From IMG/VR virus record IMGVR_UViG_3300008110_010000, positions 124,001 to 188,000 of that record: a stretch of DNA of 64,000 nucleotides. The stretch is one strand, 5' to 3'. A program made the translations under genes and the position numbers. Below the pieces are notes generated by a model that ran no database searches, was not told where the DNA came from, and saw nothing but the letters and a program-made list of their open reading frames with translations. Position 1 is the first letter of the stretch; each line of letters begins with the position of its first letter. Positions 18,018 through 27,059 of the stretch are shown piece by piece.

Positions 18018-18572
18018 ATGAGTTTAAGGCATATAAAATCTTTCAGTTCTCTTTTCGAAAGCACTTCGGCGGGATCCCACGACCGAGGATATTCTGATGT
18101 TCCCCCTTTTAAATACGCCATAAATTTTGATCACAGGATCGGTTATTCTAAAGATGATTTTGCAAAGGATCTGAATGAGATCTACCTTAGATCTTCCTCT
18201 AAGGAAAAATCCGAAATGATGGATTTTATATTTAAGAATTCAGGGATATTAAAGATCTCACAAATACCAGAGCTTTCTCAGGAAAAAATAGATACTTTAA
18301 TAAAAGACCTGGAGGGGTTTTTAGATTCTAGAGCAGAGCATAATCCTAAAATGCTTCCAGACGGTTATTTGTTATGCTACGAGAATTTGAGGAAAAAGGG
18401 AAGAAGATGCGACGTGTATTATTCCCCTTCTTTGAAATCTGTGAAGATCTGCTTTACTGACTCATATCCAGAGAAAGACGACGAAGTTATTTCCCTAGAA
18501 GATTTTATCCCAGATTCAGTGGGAATTAATCAGAAAGAATTTTCCAATTTATTGAGTAGAATGGAAGGTTAA
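18018..18572 (+). CDS. Hypothetical protein with capsid-targeting-like N-terminus
   Basis: MSLRHIKSFSSLFES; no other recognisable motif. Confidence 0.5.
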   Translation: MSLRHIKSFSSLFESTSAGSHDRGYSDVPPFKYAINFDHRIGYSKDDFAKDLNEIYLRSSSKEKSEMMDFIFKNSGILKISQIPELSQEKIDTLIKDLEGFLDSRAEHNPKMLPDGYLLCYENLRKKGRRCDVYYSPSLKSVKICFTDSYPEKDDEVISLEDFIPDSVGINQKEFSNLLSRMEG

Positions 18573-19324
18573 AAAGAGGAGAGATAGTTTTTATAATTGC
18601 TAACTATAAATTCTATAGATCTTTCTTTTATTAATTCAAAAGATATCTCATCTTCACCTTTAGATTTTTCAAGATCAACTATAATGAAGCAATCATTATA
18701 TTTAGAAAAGTTTTTTACTTCTTTCTTTACGAAATCAAATATTTTTTTATCAGATTTACTGTAAACAGGGGAGGGATCTAAAAGTTCACTTAATAGGAGA
18801 CCAACCTGCTCGGTTTCATCTACTGTTATGATTGAAAAGAGCCAGGAGTATATTTTTATCTTCTTATTTTTATTATTTCTAATTATCATGTAACCCCTAT
18901 CACTATTTAGTGATTTATCATTATGTATTTTGAATTCTAGGGATTTTTCTATTTCCTCTATATAGGGATTGATTTTTGTGATAAATTTTTCCAAAACCTC
19001 CAGACTGTTATCCAAGATATAATCAACTTCTTCATTCTCTATTAGGCTAACAGTGAGATCCTTTGTTTTTTCTATTTCCTCCTGCGTCATAGCTCTTACT
19101 GTCTTGTCACTTAGTTTTTGGAACTTTTGAAAGCTCTTAAGATCATTATAAACCCGGTTAATCTTTTGTATTTGATCTGAGTATTTTTTCTGATCTAAAT
19201 CAGATTCGACAGACTGCAAAAAATCCATTAGAACATAGTATTTGTGCTCCATATCAACAGGAGATTGTAAAAACCAGTATGGATGTAAACTCTTCATTGG
19301 TATCTGATATAATATATAACTCAA
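18569..19324 (-). CDS. Hypothetical protein resembling a conserved Bacteroidota protein (likely start at internal MKSLHPYWF)
   Basis: WFLQSPVDMEHKYYVLMDFLQ ... GYMII ... LIKERSIEFI recalls a Bacteroidota hypothetical family (from memory, unverified). Confidence 0.5.
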   Translation of the reverse strand: MSYILYQIPMKSLHPYWFLQSPVDMEHKYYVLMDFLQSVESDLDQKKYSDQIQKINRVYNDLKSFQKFQKLSDKTVRAMTQEEIEKTKDLTVSLIENEEVDYILDNSLEVLEKFITKINPYIEEIEKSLEFKIHNDKSLNSDRGYMIIRNNKNKKIKIYSWLFSIITVDETEQVGLLLSELLDPSPVYSKSDKKIFDFVKKEVKNFSKYNDCFIIVDLEKSKGEDEISFELIKERSIEFIVSNYKNYLSSF

Positions 19325-19395
19325 AACAGGAATATTTTCGGATTAAAAAATAATTTTCTCGAATCTGGAAACTTTCCTTTAAAACCCTGCTAAAA

Positions 19396-19412
19396 TTGTT
19401 ATCTGATAACAA
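19396..19412. promoter_or_regulatory. Perfect 17-bp palindrome, putative operator in a divergent intergenic region
   Basis: TTGTTATC-T-GATAACAA between the 19324(-) gene and the first glycan gene. Confidence 0.45.
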
Positions 19413-19442
19413 CCCGGGGTATGAATATATCTATAGTATCTA

Positions 19443-20027
19443 ATGAGCCCCTTTCTTGTAATAGCTTATTTTACCAAAGGAAACCAATACGAAGCACTCT
19501 CGGAAAATCTTAGCAGATCCTGTTCAGAGTTTGGTATACCCCTTCACTTAAGCCCCATCCAAAATCTAGGAACCTGGGAAAAGAACACGCACTTTAAAGC
19601 AAACTTTATTTTAGATTGTTTATCAGGATTCTCCCAAAATTTAGTTTATGTTGATGTCGACGCAGTCTTTAGAAGTTACCCAACTTTATTCCAAACAATA
19701 GATTGCGATATTGCATATCGAACTGAGAATTTTAGATGGAGAAGAAACGAGGCATTAAGTGGAACTATCTTCCTTGCCAACAACGAAAGAACTAAAAGAC
19801 TGGTTGAAAAATGGATAGAGATCAATAATGTCATAAAATCGAATAGAATGGACCCAGAAACATGGGAACAGAAAAATATGCAAAGAGCTCTCGAAGTGTG
19901 TGATGACGTGTCTTACCAGAACTTGCCACCCGAATACACATTTATCTTTGATCATTCTAAAAGATTGCATCCTGGGGTCTCTCCTGTTATTGAGCATTTT
20001 CAGGCTTCTAGAAAAGCTGATATATAA
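19443..20027 (+). CDS. GT-A fold glycosyltransferase (nucleotide-diphospho-sugar transferase-like)
   Basis: KANFILDCL...LVYVDVDAVF (DxD), SGTIFL, EQKNM, LPPEY, VIEHFQASR. Confidence 0.78.
   Translation: MSPFLVIAYFTKGNQYEALSENLSRSCSEFGIPLHLSPIQNLGTWEKNTHFKANFILDCLSGFSQNLVYVDVDAVFRSYPTLFQTIDCDIAYRTENFRWRRNEALSGTIFLANNERTKRLVEKWIEINNVIKSNRMDPETWEQKNMQRALEVCDDVSYQNLPPEYTFIFDHSKRLHPGVSPVIEHFQASRKADI
20019..20026 (+). promoter_or_regulatory. Putative late promoter motif GATATATA inside the glycan cluster
   Basis: Exact motif 19 nt upstream of ATG 20046, overlapping the end of the preceding gene. Confidence 0.55.
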
Positions 20028-20045
20028 AAAAAACACGATTTATAG

Positions 20046-21239
20046 ATGTCTTTTGAAAAATTTAGAAGGTTAAGAAAACCTATTGAAGATCTATTTGGAA
20101 AGATTGGAAATACTCCAGCTCCTCCAGATGGGCCTTTTCGAAGGCCTCCCACTGTTTCCATGTCAACCGAGGAAAAGTTAGCTCTTATGGAAAAAGAAAG
20201 TAATGAAGCGAACATCCCTGTTGATTACCCTAAAATGACTACTACCATTTATAGTTATTACGCAGACTTCCAACAAAATAATTATTACAAAAATTACGCC
20301 CTCAATTTAATTGATAGATGTAAAAAATTCGGTGTAGCATATAATATTTCGGAAAGAACTTCGAGGGGTAGCTACGGAGCAAATTGCTTAATGAAGCCAG
20401 AGTTTGTCCTTGAAAAATTAAAAGAAAGTAAAGCACCTTTAATCTGGATGGACTGTGACACTGATTTTAAATCTTCATTTTCAGAGTTTAATAATATATC
20501 TGAGGATATTGGAATGGCAACACATAGCGGGGATTTATCCGGAATAAAAGCTTCGCCTCTTTTTTTCAACTATACTGCAGGATCCTTCAAGATAATAAGG
20601 GAATGGGTAGTTCATTGCAGATCTGCTTTTTTAAAAGGAATCCCTGAATTAGATCATGATGCTTTAAAACACTACGTTTTGCCGCATCTTAGGGGAAATT
20701 ATTCGGTTTTTCTACTTTCTCAGAATTGGAATGATTTTGTACATGGAAAATATATTCATAACGGCAATTCTAGGGTTGATGGGAAAATGGAGACCCATAG
20801 GCAAGTGGGGGTAGACGATGATACTAGGGCAAGATACAGTCGAGATGTAAAAACATTTCACGTTTATTTTGAAGAAAAGTCTGAAATAGTCTTTTCTAGT
20901 GCTTTAAAATTTCTAAATAATTTTTCAGATTATGCTCGTCTTAAATTTCATTTCGACCAGGGTTTAGAAAAAATCTCCTGTTCATCCCTAGAATTTCACA
21001 AACTCTATACAGAAAGCGGAGGCAATACAACATTTAGCGAAAACCACTTTACCGATCATAGCCCCTTGAATGGTGAAATAATTCTAGGAGTATCTGGGGT
21101 AAAAGATATAGAAAAAGACTGGGACTCTAAAATATCAGGTGAAATACAGGGAGGGAAAAATCCTCTCTATGTTTTAAATTATAAAGATGACGGACTAGGA
21201 AAAATAACAATAAAGGAGGGATTTAGTTTATGGAATTAA
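20046..21239 (+). CDS. GT-A glycosyltransferase-like protein with unknown C-terminal domain
   Basis: KPEFVLEKL...LIWMDCDT (DxD), ASPLFF, DHDAL; paralogous layout to the 19443 protein. Confidence 0.68.
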   Translation: MSFEKFRRLRKPIEDLFGKIGNTPAPPDGPFRRPPTVSMSTEEKLALMEKESNEANIPVDYPKMTTTIYSYYADFQQNNYYKNYALNLIDRCKKFGVAYNISERTSRGSYGANCLMKPEFVLEKLKESKAPLIWMDCDTDFKSSFSEFNNISEDIGMATHSGDLSGIKASPLFFNYTAGSFKIIREWVVHCRSAFLKGIPELDHDALKHYVLPHLRGNYSVFLLSQNWNDFVHGKYIHNGNSRVDGKMETHRQVGVDDDTRARYSRDVKTFHVYFEEKSEIVFSSALKFLNNFSDYARLKFHFDQGLEKISCSSLEFHKLYTESGGNTTFSENHFTDHSPLNGEIILGVSGVKDIEKDWDSKISGEIQGGKNPLYVLNYKDDGLGKITIKEGFSLWN

Positions 21240-22084
21240 TCAAAGGATTCGGTTTACCGTTCCCCGCGGAGTACTCTTCGTGTTCTAATTTACCCCCTAA
21301 ATCTTTTTCATGGACAACAGGTGATGCTGATATTCACGTTTATATAGACAATAGAATTTTTGACGGACTAGAAACCCCTAGGCATGAATTTAAATTCGGT
21401 TGGTTGTGTGAATCTCGAGAAATTGCTATAGAAATTTATAGTGCTGTTTATCAGAATCCAGGAAGATATAAAAACAAGTACGCTGGCATTTTTACCTGCG
21501 AGGAGTTTTTAATTCAGTCGGATCCTGAATTTTTCTTTTATGCCCCACCGGGATCTAATCTTCCTTGGACTAAACCGGATGAAATGCGAATTTATCAGAA
21601 GAGCAAAAAATGCTCAATGATATGTTCACCTAAAGCAAGAACTGATGGACATAAATTCAGATTAGAGGTAGCTGACAAGTTAAAAGAATCTCTCGATCTT
21701 TTTGGGGGAGCACACAACTCGCCTAGAATTGGTGATGGCTCTGGACCAAATGGGGATTGGTGGCGATCGAAACTTCCAGCTTTGAAAGATTACATGTTTT
21801 CCGTGGTTTTTGAGAATGCTGTCTATGAAAAATATTACACCGAAAAAATAACCGATTGTTTTGCTACCGGGACAATCCCTGTTTACTGGGGGTCTAGAAA
21901 AGTTTGCGAGGATTTTAATCCCGATGGTATAATTTTCTATAACGATTTAAAATCATTAGATGATTTAACCCACGATCTTTACAATTCGATGTTAGATAGT
22001 GTTATTGATAATTTAGAGAGAGTTAAAAAGTTAGAATCTGCTGACGATATCATATTTAATAAAATAAAATCTATTTGTGGATAA
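21230..22084 (+). CDS. GT10-family (alpha-1,3/1,4-fucosyltransferase-like) glycosyltransferase
   Basis: YMFSVVFENAVYEKYYTEKITDCFATGTIPVYWG is the GT10 GDP-fucose-binding motif. Confidence 0.85.
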   Translation: MELIKGFGLPFPAEYSSCSNLPPKSFSWTTGDADIHVYIDNRIFDGLETPRHEFKFGWLCESREIAIEIYSAVYQNPGRYKNKYAGIFTCEEFLIQSDPEFFFYAPPGSNLPWTKPDEMRIYQKSKKCSMICSPKARTDGHKFRLEVADKLKESLDLFGGAHNSPRIGDGSGPNGDWWRSKLPALKDYMFSVVFENAVYEKYYTEKITDCFATGTIPVYWGSRKVCEDFNPDGIIFYNDLKSLDDLTHDLYNSMLDSVIDNLERVKKLESADDIIFNKIKSICG

Positions 22085-22910
22085 GTCGTTAAAATTAAAT
22101 TGGCATAAAAGTTCAAATTTTGGGGATCAGCTTAATCCGTATTTAGTTAAAAAAATGTGGGGATTCAATTCTTTTAAAATTAATGAAGGAAGTAAGGACC
22201 CACACGTCATGATGATAGGATCGATATTAAACGAAGCAAATTCTCAGACCCTAGTTTTAGGATCAGGATTCGTAGGGGTTAATAGGTTTTTTGAGGGTGT
22301 TCCTAGGATAATTACTGTGAGAGGAAAAAAGACCCTCCAGATGGTTAATGACGTAGGGGTAAAAACTGACGAAATTAGTTTAGGTGATCCAGCAATTCTT
22401 ATACCTGATTACTTTACACCATCCCCAGGAATCGACAAATACGATATAGGTATAATTCCCCATATAATAGACATGGAGTATGCTCAAAAAATATTCGGAA
22501 GAAAAAGAGGTTCTAGGATAATAGATTTAAGACTAGTTGGAGAAACGTTTGATGAAATGGAATCAATCATAAATCAAATATGCTCATGTCGATGTATTAT
22601 TTCCAGCAGCTTACATGGATTAATCATAGCGCATACTTACGGAATACCAGGGATTTGGTGTGAATTTTCTGATATGGTTATAGGGGAGGGATTTAAATTC
22701 AAAGATTATATGTCAGCCCATGGTGTGGATGAAGATTCTGTGCCTTATTTAAATCTAAAAGAACCTAATAGCTTTCTCACTATACCGGAAATTAAAACCC
22801 TTGCTAAAAATGTTATAGTAGATTCCAATCACGAAAGAGAAAAAATGAGAGCTATCATTAGCAACGTTTATGATATTATTTGTTCTAATAAAAAAATGTA
22901 CCTTCTATAG
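22077..22910 (+). CDS. Polysaccharide pyruvyl transferase
   Basis: NFGDQL, IGSIL, VRGKKT, GDPAIL, GIIPH, SSSLHGLIIAHTYGIP, FKFKDY. Confidence 0.9.
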   Translation: MDKSLKLNWHKSSNFGDQLNPYLVKKMWGFNSFKINEGSKDPHVMMIGSILNEANSQTLVLGSGFVGVNRFFEGVPRIITVRGKKTLQMVNDVGVKTDEISLGDPAILIPDYFTPSPGIDKYDIGIIPHIIDMEYAQKIFGRKRGSRIIDLRLVGETFDEMESIINQICSCRCIISSSLHGLIIAHTYGIPGIWCEFSDMVIGEGFKFKDYMSAHGVDEDSVPYLNLKEPNSFLTIPEIKTLAKNVIVDSNHEREKMRAIISNVYDIICSNKKMYLL

Positions 22911-23564
22911 ATGGAAAAACTAGATCTTAAAAAAATAACAGCCGTTGTGATAGATGGAAGGGGTTATTTAGAAGAGAGATATAACAGATTTAAAGAGATA
23001 GTTTCCTTTATGCAAAAGCATATAGAATTTGATTCTATAAAGATGTTTTTGGTTGAAGATCCTAAAATTCCCGGAATTGAATTTAATAAGATAAACAGAT
23101 TTGGAATTTCGGATTATTCTAAATTTTGTTTGCACGAATTGACAAATTATATTAGCACTGATTTCTGTTTAATATTTCAAGACGATGGTTTTGTTTTAAA
23201 TCCTGGTTACTGGAGTGATGAATTTTATATGTATGATTATATTGGATCCCCTTGGCCTCTTTATATAGGATGGCCAGAGGAGGGAAAGCAAGTAGGAAAC
23301 GGAGGATTCTCATTAAGGAGTAAAAGGTTATTAGAATATTCAAAAACATTAACACACCACACGACGGAAAATGAGGACACATTCTTACTTGATGATAGAA
23401 AGGCATTAGATGATGCTGGTATTAAAATAGCTCCTGTGGAGATAGCAAGAAAATTTTCCATAGAAAATCATATGGATAGTGATCACAGTATTCATAATTG
23501 TTTTGGATTTCATGCTAAGCATTTATTAGAGGAGTGTTTGGAAATAATTAGAAAAGAAAAATGA
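22911..23564 (+). CDS. DUF5672-like GT-A protein
   Basis: LIFQDDGFVLNP, YDYIGSPW, VGNGGFSLRSK, EDTF, FGFH. Confidence 0.78.
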   Translation: MEKLDLKKITAVVIDGRGYLEERYNRFKEIVSFMQKHIEFDSIKMFLVEDPKIPGIEFNKINRFGISDYSKFCLHELTNYISTDFCLIFQDDGFVLNPGYWSDEFYMYDYIGSPWPLYIGWPEEGKQVGNGGFSLRSKRLLEYSKTLTHHTTENEDTFLLDDRKALDDAGIKIAPVEIARKFSIENHMDSDHSIHNCFGFHAKHLLEECLEIIRKEK

Positions 23565-24289
23565 AAGTAATGGCATATTATCCCATTCATTATGGGACTG
23601 AGTATTTAGAATCTTCTATAAAATCTATAGACGATCAGGTAGATAAAATATTAATTTTATATTCTGCTACCCCCAGCTATGGACACTTAACTGATATAGA
23701 ATGTCCAGAATCTGAAAATGATATAAAAGATGTTGCATTTTCAGCTTCTTCTAAAATAGTATGGAAGAAGATAGAAGCTTATAACGAGGGAAATCATAGA
23801 AATATTGGATTTCAAGAATCTAATGATTATGATATAATGTTAACATTAGATTCTGATGAGGTATGGAATCCAACATCCCTTGATAAATGTATAAAAGAAA
23901 CATATGACGGCGAAGCTTGGAGAAGAAATATTACGGGATTTGTACATTTTTGGAAATCCTTTAACTGGGTATGTAGGGATGGATTTCAGCCTGGTAGAAT
24001 TTTCAATCTTAGGAGAAATAACAATATAGAGGTTCCTATTGAAGGGACAATATATCATTTTGGATATGCTCAGTCTAATAAAATCATAGATTATAAATTT
24101 GAAATTCATGGCCATAAGAATGAAATAAAACCCGGATGGCTAGAAAACACGTATTATAAATGGGAGCCAGGAATGAGGGATTTACATCCTACTGGCGGTG
24201 CATGGGATCAAGCTATTCCTTTTGATAAGAATTCATTACCAGATATACTTAAATCCCATCCTAATTACGATAAAGAAATAATAAAATAA
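23561..24289 (+). CDS. GT2-like glycosyltransferase
   Basis: YLESSIKSI, EGNHRN, LTLDSDEVW (DxD), IYHFGY. Confidence 0.7.
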   Translation: MKVMAYYPIHYGTEYLESSIKSIDDQVDKILILYSATPSYGHLTDIECPESENDIKDVAFSASSKIVWKKIEAYNEGNHRNIGFQESNDYDIMLTLDSDEVWNPTSLDKCIKETYDGEAWRRNITGFVHFWKSFNWVCRDGFQPGRIFNLRRNNNIEVPIEGTIYHFGYAQSNKIIDYKFEIHGHKNEIKPGWLENTYYKWEPGMRDLHPTGGAWDQAIPFDKNSLPDILKSHPNYDKEIIK

Positions 24290-24294
24290 AAAAT

Positions 24295-24873
24295 ATGGAC
24301 ATGGAAAAAATTTTATCAGAGATACTCAAAGTTGGTAAAGATCAATTAGATTCTATTGATTTAAATGATTACAGAAAGATTACGGATTCTATTAACACCC
24401 CTAAAGAGTGGTTTTATATGCAATCCGGGGTAGAGCATTACAGATTGCTCGCATTTATAAGTGGACTTTTTGAAAACGAAAGCTTATTAGATATAGGAAC
24501 ATACCAGGGGAGTTCTTCCATAGCAATGTCATATAATTCTAAAAATTCAATAACTTCTTTTGATGTTAATCATCAACCTGAAATTTCTAAAATTAAAATA
24601 CCAAATATTAATTATAAAATAGGTAACGTTTTGGAATTTACTGATTTAATTATCAAATCTCCTTTTATATTATTAGATACCTATCACGATGGTTCTTTTG
24701 AGGCTGAGTTCATGGAAGAAATGATAAAAATTAATTACAGAGGAATTGTTTTATTCGATGACATACACCTTAGCGGACCTATGGAAACATTTTGGAATTC
24801 TATTGATTCTGAAAAGTATGATTTAACTAGTAAGGGTCATTATACAGGTACAGGTTTAGTTTATTTTAAATAA
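24295..24873 (+). CDS. Class I SAM-dependent O-methyltransferase
   Basis: LLDIGTYQGSSS, ILLDTYHDG, VLFDDIH. Confidence 0.8.
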   Translation: MDMEKILSEILKVGKDQLDSIDLNDYRKITDSINTPKEWFYMQSGVEHYRLLAFISGLFENESLLDIGTYQGSSSIAMSYNSKNSITSFDVNHQPEISKIKIPNINYKIGNVLEFTDLIIKSPFILLDTYHDGSFEAEFMEEMIKINYRGIVLFDDIHLSGPMETFWNSIDSEKYDLTSKGHYTGTGLVYFK

Positions 24874-24884
24874 AATTCATTTAT

Positions 24885-25397
24885 ATGGGAGAATTAACAA
24901 TGGGGCATAGATCATACGGGAATGTTACAAGAAGGGGAGTTCATAATTCGGTTATTATTGGAAAATACTGCTCGATAGCTTCAGGATTGATAGTCGATGG
25001 AGGATTTGGACATAATACCGAGTTTATATCAACTTATCCATTTAGTGTAATGTTTGATAAATGTGGACATTTAACGGGTCATCCTGTTTGGAAAGGAGAT
25101 GTCATAATAGGAAACGATGTTTGGATAGGGGAGGACTGCTTAATAATGAGCGGGGTAACAATCGGTGATGGTGCAGTTATAGGAGCAAGATCTATCGTAA
25201 CAAAAGATATTGACCCATATTCTATAAATGTAGGATCACCTTCTCGCAGGGTAAAAAAAAGATTTACGGAAGAACAAATATCGGATCTTTTAAAAATAAA
25301 ATGGTGGGATTGGGATGAGGATAAAATTTTAGAAAATTCACATCTTTTAATGGGCAAAGAAATAAACCATTTTATAGATAAACATAAAATATATTAA
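24885..25397 (+). CDS. Hexapeptide-repeat (CatB/XAT-like) O-acetyltransferase
   Basis: IIGKYCSIA, STYPF, GDVIIGNDVWIG, GVTIGDGAVIGARSIVTKD, IKWWDW. Confidence 0.9.
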   Translation: MGELTMGHRSYGNVTRRGVHNSVIIGKYCSIASGLIVDGGFGHNTEFISTYPFSVMFDKCGHLTGHPVWKGDVIIGNDVWIGEDCLIMSGVTIGDGAVIGARSIVTKDIDPYSINVGSPSRRVKKRFTEEQISDLLKIKWWDWDEDKILENSHLLMGKEINHFIDKHKIY

Positions 25398-25410
25398 TAA
25401 AAAAAAGTAT

Positions 25411-26109
25411 ATGCAAGAATCACAAAACAAAGATGTTCAATTGATAAAATATCTTGATATCGAAATAATCATTACTGAACAAAGTGCTAAATACCACGGA
25501 AGCTTTACCGGGGGAAAAGTCTACGAAAGCGATGTTGTGGAAAGATTTTTAAATGATATACCAGAAAATGGCACCGTATTAGATATTGGAGCCTGCACAG
25601 GTTCGTATGCCATGTTGGATTTAATAAAATCTGGTATAAAAATACATTCATTTGAACCTTCTAGGGTATATCACGAGCTGGTTAAAAACATATCTATAAA
25701 CGGAAGTAAAACTATGTGTTATAACTATGCGGTGTCTGATAAAGAGGGTATATTTGACTTTAATGAAATAGTAGAAGACTTACCCATTGCACTATCTATG
25801 CTAGGTGGTAAACCTGCTTCCCATAAAAATTATAGAACGTTTGAGGTTAAAACTGTTACGATTGATAGTTTAAATTTAAACCCTGATATCATTAAAATAG
25901 ATACAGAGGGTCATGAGCTTATGGTTTTAAAGGGAGGAGAAAAAACAATTAACACTTTACATCCTATTATTTATTGCGAATATAGTCAGGAAAATACATC
26001 TCAATATGGATACAATGCTGACGATTCTTTAAATCTATTAAAAGAATGGGGTTATGAGATTGAATTAATTAATGGTAACATTATAGCCAAATACCCAGTA
26101 CATAATTAA
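25411..26109 (+). CDS. FkbM-family methyltransferase
   Basis: VLDIGACTG, HSFEP, NYAVSD, TIDSL, IIKIDTEGHELMVLKG. Confidence 0.9.
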   Translation: MQESQNKDVQLIKYLDIEIIITEQSAKYHGSFTGGKVYESDVVERFLNDIPENGTVLDIGACTGSYAMLDLIKSGIKIHSFEPSRVYHELVKNISINGSKTMCYNYAVSDKEGIFDFNEIVEDLPIALSMLGGKPASHKNYRTFEVKTVTIDSLNLNPDIIKIDTEGHELMVLKGGEKTINTLHPIIYCEYSQENTSQYGYNADDSLNLLKEWGYEIELINGNIIAKYPVHN

Positions 26110-26123
26110 ATCGTTAATATTTT

Positions 26124-27059
26124 ATGAAGTATAAATTAGCATTATTTGGATCCTCTGGTTTAGTTGGTTCAAATATTTTAAAAAAAATAGACACGGATAA
26201 GTATGAAGTGCTATCACCAATAAGAAAGGATTTAGATCTCTTGGATGAGAAAAAGGTACTAGATTGGTTTTTAAAAAATCGTGTAGATTATGTTATTCTA
26301 GCTGCTGCCAGAGTTGGAGGTATAGTTGCAAATGCAACATATCCCACAGAATATCTTTACGAGAATCTAACTATCCAGAATAATGTGATTATGTCTGCTT
26401 TTAAAAGTGGTGTTGATAATCTTGTTTTTCTTGGATCATCTTGCATTTATCCTAGAGAATGTCAACAACCAATAAAGGAAGAGTATTTGTTAACTGGGCC
26501 ATTAGAAAAGACCAATAAATCATATGCTCTAGCAAAGATAGCTGGCATTCAATTGTGCGATTCAATTAGAGAGCAGTATGGTAAAAAATATTATTCTTTA
26601 ATGCCTTGTAATTTATATGGACCTGGTGATAATTTTAATCATGAAGCTTCCCACGTAATCCCTGGGATGATGATTAAAATTGATAGAGCTAAAGAAGCTG
26701 GATCTGAAGAATTAAATCTGCTGGGTACAGGTAGACCATTTAGGGAATTCTTATTCATAGAGGATTTAGCAGATGGTGTAATTTTTGTGATGGAAAATCA
26801 TAAAGGAGAGGATGGAATCATTAACTTAGGTTCAGGTGAGGAAGTTACCATCAAACAACTTGCGGAAATACTAGTTAAAGAAATGGATTACGAGGGAAAA
26901 ATAATTTTTAATACAAACGGACCAGACGGAACCCCTAGAAAGGTTTTGGATAATTCTAAGATAAACTCAATTGGATGGAAATCTAAAATAAAACTAGAAG
27001 ATGGTATAAAAAGAACTGTTAAGTGGTTCTATGAAAATAAGGAATCAATAAGAATATGA
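26124..27059 (+). CDS. fcl: GDP-L-fucose synthase (GDP-4-keto-6-deoxymannose epimerase/reductase)
   Basis: [50 protein letters not shown]. Confidence 0.95.
   Translation: MKYKLALFGSSGLVGSNILKKIDTDKYEVLSPIRKDLDLLDEKKVLDWFLKNRVDYVILAAARVGGIVANATYPTEYLYENLTIQNNVIMSAFKSGVDNLVFLGSSCIYPRECQQPIKEEYLLTGPLEKTNKSYALAKIAGIQLCDSIREQYGKKYYSLMPCNLYGPGDNFNHEASHVIPGMMIKIDRAKEAGSEELNLLGTGRPFREFLFIEDLADGVIFVMENHKGEDGIINLGSGEEVTIKQLAEILVKEMDYEGKIIFNTNGPDGTPRKVLDNSKINSIGWKSKIKLEDGIKRTVKWFYENKESIRI

Noticed and set aside
24885-25397. CatB/Vat-like gene as an antibiotic-resistance determinant
   Set aside because: The hexapeptide XAT fold is shared with sugar O-acetyltransferases, and the gene sits inside a glycan cluster. 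Resistance is unsupported.
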